From the NCBI GenBank assembly GCA_963716925.1, contig CAVQUX010000006.1, positions 445,388 to 509,387 of the forward strand: DNA of 64,000 nt. The letters are read 5' to 3'. The notes beneath the pieces are model-generated. The model had not been told where the DNA came from. It saw only the letters and a program-made list of their open reading frames with translations, and did not search any database. The translations under genes and the position numbers were made by a program. The DNA comes from an uncultured Acidobacteriota bacterium (GTDB taxonomy: Bacteria > Acidobacteriota > Vicinamibacteria > Marinacidobacterales > SMYC01). Positions 47,151-56,153 of the stretch are shown here, one piece after another; position 1 is the stretch's first letter, and every line of letters begins with the position of its first letter.

Positions 47151-48092
47151 GTGTTGCGCTACATCGTTCGAAGGCTTTCCGTCTTCGTCCTGACGCTGCT
47201 CGGTGTGGCCGTCGGCGTCTCCGCGCTCCTGCGACTCGTGCCCGGCGACCCGGCGGTGGTGTTTCTGGGCGAGAACGCCACTCCGGAGAACGTGGCGGAG
47301 CTCCGGCACGCGCTCGGGCTCGACCTCCCCTGGCCGGTCCATCTCGCGCGCTACGTCTCCGGCATCCCGACGGGCAACCTCGGCCTGTCGCTGTTCCAGA
47401 GGGTGCCGGTCTCCGAGCTCATCGCGGAGAGACTCCCCGCGACTCTGGAGCTCGCGCTCGCGGCGCTTCTGTTCGGAGTGGCGATCGGCTTCGCCCTGGG
47501 CGTGATCTCTGCTCTGAAGCGGGGCTCGCTCGCCGATCTCGCGGTCCTGGTCTTCGCCCAGCTCGGGGTCTCGATGCCGGTCTTCTGGCTCGGAATCCTG
47601 CTCTCGGCGCTCTTCGCCGTGCGTTGGGGCTTGTTCCCCGCCGTGGGCCGGGGCTCCCTCGCCCATCTCGTTCTTCCGGCGCTCACCCTGGGGCTGGGGC
47701 TCGCTTCCATCGCGAGCCGCCTCGTGCGCGCCTCTCTTCTCGATACGCTCCAGGAAGTCTACGTGCTCGGCGCGCGTGCGCGCGGTCTTCCCCGCTTTCG
47801 GGTAATCGCCCATGCCCTGCGAAACGCTCTGCTTCCCGTGGTGAGCGTTCTCGGGGTCCGGTTCGGAACGCTTCTCGGAGGCTCGGTCCTGACGGAGAGC
47901 GTCTTCGGCTGGCCGGGACTCGGGACGCTCGCGGTGGGGGCGATCTCGCAGCGGGATTTTCCGCTGGTCCAGGGAATCGTCTTCGTCTTCGCGACGCTCT
48001 TCCTCGCCCTCCACCTCGCCGTAGACCTCGTCTATGGGGTGTTGGACCCTCGCATCCGGATCGAAGCCGGAGGTGGCCCATCCGCAGACTGA
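47151..48092 (+). CDS. ABC transporter permease (DppB/OppB-like)
   Basis: 313 aa. N-terminus MLRYIVRRLSVFVLTLLGV, six TMs, and the C-terminus VDLVYGVLDPRIR. Confidence 0.9.
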   Translation: MLRYIVRRLSVFVLTLLGVAVGVSALLRLVPGDPAVVFLGENATPENVAELRHALGLDLPWPVHLARYVSGIPTGNLGLSLFQRVPVSELIAERLPATLELALAALLFGVAIGFALGVISALKRGSLADLAVLVFAQLGVSMPVFWLGILLSALFAVRWGLFPAVGRGSLAHLVLPALTLGLGLASIASRLVRASLLDTLQEVYVLGARARGLPRFRVIAHALRNALLPVVSVLGVRFGTLLGGSVLTESVFGWPGLGTLAVGAISQRDFPLVQGIVFVFATLFLALHLAVDLVYGVLDPRIRIEAGGGPSAD

Positions 48093-48106
48093 GCCTTCCC
48101 CTCCCT

Positions 48107-48904
48107 TTGGGCGGCCTGCTGGTCGTCCTCGTGCTCAGCGTGTCGGTGTTCGCCCCCTGGCTCACCGGCCACGCACCCGAGGAAATGGACATGGAAGCGA
48201 GGCTCTCGAGCCCCTCGGCCGCCCACTGGCTCGGAACCGACAACTTCGGACGCGACCTCTGGGCGCGAATCGCCTTCGGTTCGAGAATCTCCCTCACCAT
48301 CGCCCTCACGTCCGTCACTGCGGCTCTCGTCCTGGGGACTCTGGTGGGGCTCGCCTCCGGATACTTCGGAGGGCTCCTCGATCACGCGTTCATGCGGATC
48401 GCCGATCTGTTCCTGGCCTTTCCTCCGTTCATCCTCGTACTCGCGCTCGTGGCGGTTCTCGGCCCCGGGGTATCGAGCGTCACCCTGGCTCTCACCGCGA
48501 TCTCCTGGACGGAGTACGCGCGGCTGGTCCGCGCGATCACCCTCTCCGAGGCACGGCGCGACTACGTCACCGCGGCGAGGTCGCTCGGGGCGACTCACGC
48601 GAATCTCATGTTCCGGCAGGTCCTGCCTCGCGCCTTCGGCCCGCTGTCGGTCGTTGCGACGCTCGGCATCGGCACCGCGATCGTCGCCGAGTCGGGTCTG
48701 AGCTTTCTCGGATTCGGCGTCGAGCCGCCCGCGCCCACCTGGGGCTGGACTCTCGCCTATGGGATGCGCTACTTAAGGAGCCACATGTGGCTTTCGACGG
48801 CGCCGGGGCTCGCGATCCTGGTGACGGTGCTCGGATTCAATCTGCTCGGAGACGGCCTGCGGGATCGGCTGGATCCCCGAGGTCTCGTGCGAGGCCCTTC
48901 ATGA
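48107..48904 (+). CDS. ABC transporter permease (DppC/OppC-like)
   Basis: Frame-2 reading gives GGLLVVLVLSVSVFAPWLTGHAPEE...HWLGTDNFGRDLWARI...LGFNLLGDGLRDRLDPR. The start is uncertain: TTG 48107 or CTG 48089, with no in-frame ATG or GTG nearby. Confidence 0.8.
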   Translation: MGGLLVVLVLSVSVFAPWLTGHAPEEMDMEARLSSPSAAHWLGTDNFGRDLWARIAFGSRISLTIALTSVTAALVLGTLVGLASGYFGGLLDHAFMRIADLFLAFPPFILVLALVAVLGPGVSSVTLALTAISWTEYARLVRAITLSEARRDYVTAARSLGATHANLMFRQVLPRAFGPLSVVATLGIGTAIVAESGLSFLGFGVEPPAPTWGWTLAYGMRYLRSHMWLSTAPGLAILVTVLGFNLLGDGLRDRLDPRGLVRGPS

Positions 48905-49824
48905 CGAACGTTTCCAGAATCCCCCTCGCTTCGATGGCGGACGGCGGCGAAATGGCGCTCTACCTCCACGAGATCCAGGGCTTTTCGGGGGACGGTCCTA
49001 CGGTCGGGATCTGCGCCGGCATCCATGGAAACGAAAGGACCGGCACCGAGATCGTTCTCGAGATCGCGAGGCGATTCACCGAGGGGCGGTTCCGGGGACG
49101 CCTGGTTCTCCTTCCCGTCGCCGATCCTCCCGCATTCGCCGCCAACCGCCGGCATGCGCCCGTCGATGACCTGAACTTGAACCGCGTCTTCCCCGGCGAT
49201 GGACGCGGCTGGTTCTCGGACCATCTCGCAGAAGTCATCACTTCGGAGTTCCTCGAGCGCATCGACGTCCTTCTCGATCTCCACTCCGGAGGCGACCGGC
49301 CGACCGTCGACTACATCTATATCCGCAACGCCGAGGAGCTCTCGCGCGCGTTCGGCTCTCGGGTTCTCTACCGACAGACGGAGGGGAAGGAAGGCACCAT
49401 CTTCTCCGGCACCTCCGTCGGGGTTGCGGAAAAGCGCGGCATTCCCGCGGTCACGGTGGAGCTCGGCGGCGGGCTCGTCGACCAGAGGCCGTACGTCGCC
49501 CGCGGGGTTCGCGGAATCGCGAACGTCCTCGCGAAGTTGAGGATGACCGATGAGGCGCTCTCGCCGCCGCCGGAGCAGATCGTCGCGGCCTCGATCGTCA
49601 CCATCCGTCCCCGCATGGGAGGTTTTCTCGAGACCGAAGCTCCTCCGCTGGGAGAGACCATCGAGGAGGGCGCTGTCCTCGGCCGCGTGGTGAGCCCCTA
49701 CACGTTCGAGGAGCTCGAGGTGATCCGGAACCCCGTCCCCAAAGGGATCATGATCCTCTCTCACTTGACGAGAAACGTCGTCGAGCCGGGGGACTACGGA
49801 TACATGGTGGGCGAGCCAGCTTGA
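48901..49824 (+). CDS. succinylglutamate desuccinylase/aspartoacylase (AstE/AspA, M14-like) family protein
   Basis: ATGA overlap with the permease stop. Zn-site patterns GIHGNERTG, NRVFPG and DLHSGG. Confidence 0.8.
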   Translation: MTNVSRIPLASMADGGEMALYLHEIQGFSGDGPTVGICAGIHGNERTGTEIVLEIARRFTEGRFRGRLVLLPVADPPAFAANRRHAPVDDLNLNRVFPGDGRGWFSDHLAEVITSEFLERIDVLLDLHSGGDRPTVDYIYIRNAEELSRAFGSRVLYRQTEGKEGTIFSGTSVGVAEKRGIPAVTVELGGGLVDQRPYVARGVRGIANVLAKLRMTDEALSPPPEQIVAASIVTIRPRMGGFLETEAPPLGETIEEGAVLGRVVSPYTFEELEVIRNPVPKGIMILSHLTRNVVEPGDYGYMVGEPA

Positions 49825-49837
49825 CTATCGGCCCCGC

Positions 49838-49861
49838 CTTGACATATCTTGAATCGTCAAG
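49838..49861 (+). promoter_or_regulatory. inverted repeat CTTGAC-N12-GTCAAG abutting the antitoxin start (candidate operator/promoter)
   Basis: Read directly. TTGACT (49821-49826) and TATCTT (49845-49850) could serve as -35 and -10 elements with an 18-nt spacer. The position fits autoregulation by an RHH antitoxin. Confidence 0.3.
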
Positions 49862-50074
49862 ATGGCTACCATCAAGATTAGCTCGAAGGTCGATGCCGCG
49901 CTGTGGGAAGAAATGAAAGAGCTCGCGGAAGAGTCTCACCAAAGTATCTCGGGTCTGCTCACGGATGCGATTCGCGACTTCCTGCGAAAGAGGCGAGTAC
50001 GGCCAGAGGTCTTGAAGCATCTCGAGTCCTCCCTCGCCGACAACGAGGAATTGGGCCGACTCCTTGCCCGGTGA
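49862..50074 (+). CDS. ribbon-helix-helix (CopG-like) antitoxin
   Basis: 70 aa. The N-terminal MATIKISSKVDAALWEEMKELAEE fits a beta-strand plus two-helix RHH layout. Its 3' end overlaps the Doc gene by 11 nt. Confidence 0.7.
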   Translation: MATIKISSKVDAALWEEMKELAEESHQSISGLLTDAIRDFLRKRRVRPEVLKHLESSLADNEELGRLLAR

Positions 50075-50453
50075 GACCGTTTCCTTCCTCACCGTCGATG
50101 AAGTTCTCGCGATTCACGAGGGATTGATCCGGGCATTCGGAGGACCTCCGGGAGTTCGGGATTTGGGGCTTCTGGAGAGCGCACTCTTCCGACCGCAAAC
50201 CGGCTACTACGAAGACCTCACCGCGATGGCTGCAGCGCTTTTCGAATCGCTCCTCATGAACCACCCGTTCATCGACGGAAACAAGCGTGTCGCATTCTTT
50301 GCGACCGATGTGTTCCTTCGATTGAACGACTGGCGCTTGAGAGTCGATGCGAAGGAGGCGCACAGCTTTCTCATCGGACTGCTGGAGCGAAGGGTCTGCG
50401 ACTTCGACCACCTGCTACCCTGGATCCGGCGATCGCTCACTCGGCTCGAGTGA
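50064..50453 (+). CDS. doc: Fic/Doc family toxin (death-on-curing)
   Basis: 129 aa with the Doc-type Fic motif HPFIDGNKR. TTG start. Confidence 0.85.
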   Translation: MPGETVSFLTVDEVLAIHEGLIRAFGGPPGVRDLGLLESALFRPQTGYYEDLTAMAAALFESLLMNHPFIDGNKRVAFFATDVFLRLNDWRLRVDAKEAHSFLIGLLERRVCDFDHLLPWIRRSLTRLE

Positions 50454-50930
50454 ACGCGCCGGTATCCAGGAACTTCTGACATAGCTCCGCGGTGTCCGAC
50501 GCATCATGATGAGCGTATGCGTGTGATGCAGAACGACGAAGTCCGACATTCCCTCGAGCTTGGCGCCCTCGACCGAGACCGCCCCGTCGTTGGGCTCGTC
50601 GACGCCGATGCGGTGTCCGCGGTCTCCGACGATGACCCCGAACTCGACCGGCGGCACGGGAAGCGTTCGGAAGAACTCCGGGTCGGCGAGCTTCTGCCCG
50701 GAGTCTCCCGTCCACAGCTGGAACAGGCGGTTCTGTCGAAGGGCAGAGGCGAGCTGCGCCAGTCGAGCGTGCGGGAGAGCATCACGATCCGGCCGAGTCC
50801 CTGGGCGAAATCCTTCGCGGAATTCGTTGCGCACGATGACTTTTCCCAGAGAATGTCCGATGAAGCGATCGATCGCGATCCGGCCCCTCCTCAATGCGCG
50901 AACCGTGTACGCCGGACCGGTCCCGCCCAC
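50437..50930 (-). pseudogene. truncated, frameshifted copy of the alpha/beta hydrolase gene at 59835-60458
   Basis: 50483-50870 aligns base for base with 59878-60265 at the same length (388 nt), with about nine in ten positions identical by eye in the central part. The copy retains GHSLG but lacks the N-terminal 80 aa or so and needs frame changes (for example GACGCATCATG versus GACGCCATCATG). Confidence 0.8.
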
Positions 50931-51021
50931 GAGTGCCGTTCTCTTCGCGCACCTTTACAGGCTAATCGCGGAAAAGAATTTCCTTTCTCAGGGGTCGGTC
51001 GATAAGAAATCCGACTCCGCC

Positions 51022-52176
51022 TCACGGGGACAAGCCGCGCACGTGCCATAGTACGGCATGCGTCTCCCCGCTCGCTATAGTGCTGAAACCGACGATCTGA
51101 CCGCGAAGATTCACCGCCATAGCAGCGCTAACGGTGCCGCCCAGAGTACCAAGGTCGATCATCCCGTTCGACGCCGTCCACAAGAAAGCATGTGCTTCGT
51201 TTCTATTCGATAAAGAGCTGATTCCCACCACGTGGCCGCGGGCATTTACCGAAAGTGCTTGGGACTCTCCGCCCAGGGTACCGAGATCGATCATCCCGCC
51301 CGACTTCGTCCACGAGAACGCGTGCACTTCCGCATCTCCCGTTGTATGGCTGAAGCCGACGACCTGGCCACGGGCGTTCACCGCATAGGCTCTGCTAGAG
51401 GTGCCGCCGACGGTGCCGAGGTCGATCATTCCACCTGACTGAGTCCACGAGAACGCATGCATTGGGGAACTGTCCGTATCGGGGATGACCTGGCTCTCGC
51501 CGACGACCTGGCCGCGGAAGTTGACCGCCCAAGCTATGCTGAGGCGGCCGCCCAGGGTGCCGAGGTCGACCATCCCGCCCGACGGCGTCCACGAGAACGC
51601 ATGCTCCGGGGGATTGCCGGCGGGGTAGCTGCTGCCGACGACCTGGCCGCGGGCGTTCACCGCATAGGCTTCGCTGGAGACGCCGCCCAGGGTGCCAAGA
51701 TCGACCATCCCGCCCGACTCCGTCCACGAGAACGCATGCCCGGACGATTCGCCGACGACCTGGCCGCGGGCGTTCACCGCAAAGGCTTTGCTGAACGTGC
51801 CGCCGAGGTCGATCATCCCGCCCGACTTCGTCCACGAGTACGCGTGCAATTCCGCATCTCCCGTTGTAGTGCTGATGCCGACGACCTGGCCGCGGACGTT
51901 CACCGCGAAGGCTTCGCTGTGCGAGCCGCCCAGAGTGCCAAGGTCGATCATCCCGCCTGACCGCGTCCACAAAAACGCGTGCATCTCGCCGGCCGCGGTA
52001 GTGCTGTTTCCGACGACCTGCCCGCGGATGTTCAACGCTCTGGCTTCGCTGACCGTGCCGCCTAGCGTCCCGAGATCGACCGGGACGGGTGGTGTTACGA
52101 CCTGAGCGCTCCCCGCAACCGCAACGAAGAGAACCGCAACCAGGACGATCAGCCCCCCAATGTTCCTCAACCCCAT
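51022..52176 (-). CDS. HAF-family extracellular repeat protein (paralogue 1)
   Basis: Signal peptide MGLRNIGGLIVLVAVLFVAVAGSAQV, then about eight repeats of about 44 aa (HAFSWT.SGGMIDLGTLGG..S.A.AVN.RGQVVG). Confidence 0.85.
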   Translation of the reverse strand: MGLRNIGGLIVLVAVLFVAVAGSAQVVTPPVPVDLGTLGGTVSEARALNIRGQVVGNSTTAAGEMHAFLWTRSGGMIDLGTLGGSHSEAFAVNVRGQVVGISTTTGDAELHAYSWTKSGGMIDLGGTFSKAFAVNARGQVVGESSGHAFSWTESGGMVDLGTLGGVSSEAYAVNARGQVVGSSYPAGNPPEHAFSWTPSGGMVDLGTLGGRLSIAWAVNFRGQVVGESQVIPDTDSSPMHAFSWTQSGGMIDLGTVGGTSSRAYAVNARGQVVGFSHTTGDAEVHAFSWTKSGGMIDLGTLGGESQALSVNARGHVVGISSLSNRNEAHAFLWTASNGMIDLGTLGGTVSAAMAVNLRGQIVGFSTIASGETHAVLWHVRGLSP

Positions 52177-52337
52177 TTCGCACCGCCTCAAAGCGGGAAC
52201 CGCGGACGCCGAACCGTCCCCGCTCACGAATGTTGTTCTGTCAGCGCCCCTCTACAGAGAATCGCGGAAAAGAACGTCTTTTTTTTCAGGTCTGTCGAGA
52301 GGAATTCGAATCTGCCTCAGCGAGATACCTGGCCGCG

Positions 52338-53495
52338 TCAGCGGCGTACGTGCCACAGTACGGCATGCGTTTCACCGCTCGCGGTAGTGCTGTAGCCGAC
52401 GATCTGGCCGCGGAGATTCACCGCTTGAGCAACGCTGGACGTGCCGCCCAGCGTGCCAAGGTCGATCATCCCGCTCGACGCCGTCCACAAAAAAGCATGT
52501 GGTGCGTTTCCCGTCGGTAGAAAGCCGTAGCCCACCACGTGGCCGCGGGCGTTTACCGAAACGGGTTCGGTAGTTTGGCCGCCCAGGGTACCGAGGTCGA
52601 TCATCCCGCCCGACGGCGTCCACGAGAACGGATGGAATTCCGCATCTCCCGTTGTACTGCTGACGCCGACGACCTGGCCGCGGGCGTTCACCGCATAGGC
52701 TCTGCTACTGCTGCCGCCGAGAGTGCCGAGGTCGATGATCCCACCTGACTGGGTCCACGAGAACGCATGCATCGGGGAATCGTCCGTATCCGGGATGACC
52801 TGGCTTTCGCCGACGACCTGGCCGCGGAAGTTCACCGCCCAAGCTATGCCGAGGCGGCCGCCCAAGGTGCCGAGATCGATCATCCCGCCCGACGGCGTCC
52901 ACGAGAACGCATGCTCCGGAGGATTGCCAGCGGGGTAGCTGCGGCCGACGACCTGGCCGCGGAAATTCACCGCGGTGGCACTGCTGGAGACGCCGCCAAG
53001 GGTGCCAAGATCGACCATCCCGCTTGACGCCGTCCACAAAAATGCATGTGAGACTCCATTCGGTAAAGTGCCATAGCCGACCACGTGGCCGCGGGCGCTT
53101 ACCGCAAGGGCAGAGCTGTCATTGCCGCCCAGGGTACCCAGGTCGATCATCCCGCCCGACTTCGTCCACGAGAACGCATGTAACTCCGCGTCTCCTGTTG
53201 TCGTGCTGATGCCGACGACCTGGCCGCGGACGTTCACCGCGCCGGCATTGCTGTGCGTGCCTCCCAGGGTGCCAAGGTCGGTCATCCCGCCCCGCTTCGT
53301 CCACAAAAACGCATGGAGCTCCCCGGCCGCGGTAGCGCTGACTCCGACGACCTGACCGCGGATGTTCAACGCACTGGCTCCGCTGAACGTGCCGCCTAAC
53401 GTGCCGAGATCGACCGGGACGGGTGGTGTTACGACCTGAGCGCTCCCCGCAACCGCAACGAAGAGAACCGCAAGCAGCATCAGCCTCGACCTCAT
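52338..53495 (-). CDS. HAF-family extracellular repeat protein (paralogue 2)
   Basis: MRSRLMLLAVLFVAVAGSAQV, with eight DLGTLGG-containing repeats counted. Ends ETHAVLWHVRR. Confidence 0.85.
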   Translation of the reverse strand: MRSRLMLLAVLFVAVAGSAQVVTPPVPVDLGTLGGTFSGASALNIRGQVVGVSATAAGELHAFLWTKRGGMTDLGTLGGTHSNAGAVNVRGQVVGISTTTGDAELHAFSWTKSGGMIDLGTLGGNDSSALAVSARGHVVGYGTLPNGVSHAFLWTASSGMVDLGTLGGVSSSATAVNFRGQVVGRSYPAGNPPEHAFSWTPSGGMIDLGTLGGRLGIAWAVNFRGQVVGESQVIPDTDDSPMHAFSWTQSGGIIDLGTLGGSSSRAYAVNARGQVVGVSSTTGDAEFHPFSWTPSGGMIDLGTLGGQTTEPVSVNARGHVVGYGFLPTGNAPHAFLWTASSGMIDLGTLGGTSSVAQAVNLRGQIVGYSTTASGETHAVLWHVRR

Positions 53496-53657
53496 TTCGC
53501 ACCGCCTCCATGCGGGGAACCGTGGACGCCGAACCGGTCCCGCCGATGAATGTTGTTCCGTCAGCGCCCATCTACAGGGAATCGCGGAAAAGAACGTCTT
53601 TTTTTCAGATCTGTCGAGAAGAAGTTCGACTCTGCCTCAGGGAGACATCTGGCCGCA

Positions 53658-54827
53658 TCATCGGCGTACGTGCCAAAGTACCGCATGAGTCTCACCGCTC
53701 GCGGTAGTGCTGTTGCCGACGATCTGGCCGCGGGCGCTTACCGCCTGAGCCACGCTGAAGGTGCCGCCGAGGGTACCGAGGTCGGTCATCCCGCTCGACG
53801 CCGTCCACAAAAATGCATGGGTCTCTCCGGCCGCGGTAACGCTGTAGCCGACGATCTGGCCGCGCGCGTTTACCGCTTGAGCAACGCTGAGGGTGCCGCC
53901 TAGGGTACCAAGGTCGATCATCCCGCTCGACGCCGTCCACGAGAACGCATGAAAATGCGCATCTCGGGTTGGAGTGCTGATGCCGACGACTTGACCGCGG
54001 AAATTCACCGCGTGAGCACGGCTGGATTTGCCGCCGAGGGTACCGATGTCGATCATCCCACCTGACTGGGTCCAAGAGTACGCATGGGGGAAGTCGTCTT
54101 CCTCGCCGCCCAAGTTTCTAAAGCTGCTGCCGACGACCTGGCCACGGAAGTTTACCGCGCTGGCTCCGGTGGAGCCGCCCAGCGTGCCGAGATCGATCAT
54201 CCCGCCCGACTGTGTCCACGAGAACGCATGGGTCTCGGCGTTGCCCGTGATGTAGCTGTTGCCGACGACCTGGCCGCGGAAACTCACCGCGCCGGCACAG
54301 CTGGAGTTGCCGCCGAGGGTACCAAGATCGATCATCCCGCCCGACTGTGTCCACGAGAACGCTACCTGAGTAGTTCCGGTTGCATCTCTACAGCCGACGA
54401 CCTGACCGCGGGCATTCACCGCCAAGGCCTCGCTGCGTGCGCCTCCCAGAATGCCAACGTCGGTCATCCCGCTCGACTGTGTCCACGAGAACGCATGCAA
54501 TTCCGCATCTCCCGTTGTAGTGCTGCTGCCGACGACCTGGCCGCGTGCGTTCACCGCGAAGGCATCGCTTCTAGTGCCTCCCAGGGTGCCAAGGTCGGTC
54601 ATCCCGCCCGACGCCGTCCACAAGAACGCATGGGCTTCACCGGCCGTGGTATGACTGTAGCCGACGACCTGACCGCGGATGTTCAACGCTCTGGCTTCGC
54701 TGAACGTGCCGCCTAGCGTGCCCAGATCGACAGGCACCGGTGGTGTTGCGACCTGGGCGCTGCCCGCAACTGCAACGAAGAGAACCGCAAGCAGGACGAT
54801 CAGCCCCCCAATGTTCCTCAACCTCAT
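53658..54827 (-). CDS. HAF-family extracellular repeat protein (paralogue 3)
   Basis: ATG 54827 (MRLRNIGGLIVLLAVLFVAVAGSAQV). Same repeat architecture and C-terminus as the neighbouring paralogues. Confidence 0.85.
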   Translation of the reverse strand: MRLRNIGGLIVLLAVLFVAVAGSAQVATPPVPVDLGTLGGTFSEARALNIRGQVVGYSHTTAGEAHAFLWTASGGMTDLGTLGGTRSDAFAVNARGQVVGSSTTTGDAELHAFSWTQSSGMTDVGILGGARSEALAVNARGQVVGCRDATGTTQVAFSWTQSGGMIDLGTLGGNSSCAGAVSFRGQVVGNSYITGNAETHAFSWTQSGGMIDLGTLGGSTGASAVNFRGQVVGSSFRNLGGEEDDFPHAYSWTQSGGMIDIGTLGGKSSRAHAVNFRGQVVGISTPTRDAHFHAFSWTASSGMIDLGTLGGTLSVAQAVNARGQIVGYSVTAAGETHAFLWTASSGMTDLGTLGGTFSVAQAVSARGQIVGNSTTASGETHAVLWHVRR

Positions 54828-54992
54828 TTCGCACCGCCTCAATGCGGGAACCGTGGACGCCGAAACCGGTCCCGCTGACGAATGTTGTTCTGTCAGCGCC
54901 CCTCTACAGGGAATCGCGGAAAAAGGACGTCCTTTTTTTCAGGTCTGTCGAGAAGCAGTTCGACTCTGCCCCAAGGGAGAGACCTGGCCGCA

Positions 54993-56153
54993 TCAGCGGC
55001 GTACGTGCCACAGTACGGCATGCGTCTCACCGCTCGCTGTAGTGCTGAAACCGACGATCTGACCGCGGAGATTCACCGCGTAAGCAACGCTGACGGTGCC
55101 GCCGAGGGTACCAAGGTCGATCATCCCGCTCGACGGCGTCCACAAGAAAGCATGTGTTTCGGTTCCATTCGATAGAGAGCTGGAGCCCACCACGTGGCCG
55201 CGGGCGTTTACCGACAAGGCTTGGGCAGATTGGCCGCCCAGGGTACCGAGGTCGATCATCCCGCCGGACTGCGTCCACGAAAACGGATGAACTCCCGCAT
55301 CTCCCGTTGTATGGCTGAAGCCGACGACCTGGCCGCGCGCGTTCACCGCATAGGCTCTGCTAGAGGTGCCGCCGACGGTGCCGAGGTCGATCATTCCAGC
55401 TGACTGGGTCCACGAGAACGCACGCATTGGGGAACCGTCGTTATCGGGGATGGCCTGGCTCTCGCCGACGACCTGGCCGCGGAAGTTGACCGCCCAAGCT
55501 ATGCTGTTGCGGCCGCCGAGCGTGCCGAGATCGATCATCCCACCCGACTGCGTCCACGAGAACGCATGCTCATAGGGATTGGGGCCGGTGGCGTAGCTGC
55601 GTCCGACGACCTGGCTGCGGAAACTCACCGCGGTGGCTTGGCTGGAGGGGCCGCCCAGGGTGCCAAGATCGACCATCCCGCCCGACTCCGTCCACAAAAA
55701 TGCATGTCGGAGTCCATTCGGTAAAGCGCCCTCGCCGACCACGTGGCCGCGGGCGCTTACCGCAAGGGCAGAGCCGTAATCGCCGCCCAAGGCACCGAGG
55801 TCGATCATCCCGGCCGACTTCGTCCACGAGAACGCATGCACATCCGCATCTCCCGTTGTAGTGCTGAGGCCGACGACCTGGCCGCGGACGTTCACCGCGA
55901 AGGCTTCGCTGTGCGAGCCGCCCAGAGTGCCAAGGTCGATCATCCCGCCGGACCGCGTCCAGGAGAACGCATGGATCTCGCCAGCCGCGGTAGCGCTGAC
56001 TCCGACGACCTGCCCGCGGATGTTCAACGCTCTGGCTTCGCAGATCGTGCCGCCTAGCGTGCCGAGATCGACCGGGACGGGTGGTGTTGCGACCTGAGCG
56101 CTCCCCGCAACCGCAACGAAGAGAACCACAAGCAGGATCAGCCTCAACCTCAT
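54993..56153 (-). CDS. HAF-family extracellular repeat protein (paralogue 4)
   Basis: ATG 56153 (MRLRLILLVVLFVAVAGSAQV). The longer 529-aa track ORF carries an Arg/Ser-rich, non-coding-looking extension upstream of this start. Confidence 0.85.
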   Translation of the reverse strand: MRLRLILLVVLFVAVAGSAQVATPPVPVDLGTLGGTICEARALNIRGQVVGVSATAAGEIHAFSWTRSGGMIDLGTLGGSHSEAFAVNVRGQVVGLSTTTGDADVHAFSWTKSAGMIDLGALGGDYGSALAVSARGHVVGEGALPNGLRHAFLWTESGGMVDLGTLGGPSSQATAVSFRSQVVGRSYATGPNPYEHAFSWTQSGGMIDLGTLGGRNSIAWAVNFRGQVVGESQAIPDNDGSPMRAFSWTQSAGMIDLGTVGGTSSRAYAVNARGQVVGFSHTTGDAGVHPFSWTQSGGMIDLGTLGGQSAQALSVNARGHVVGSSSLSNGTETHAFLWTPSSGMIDLGTLGGTVSVAYAVNLRGQIVGFSTTASGETHAVLWHVRR

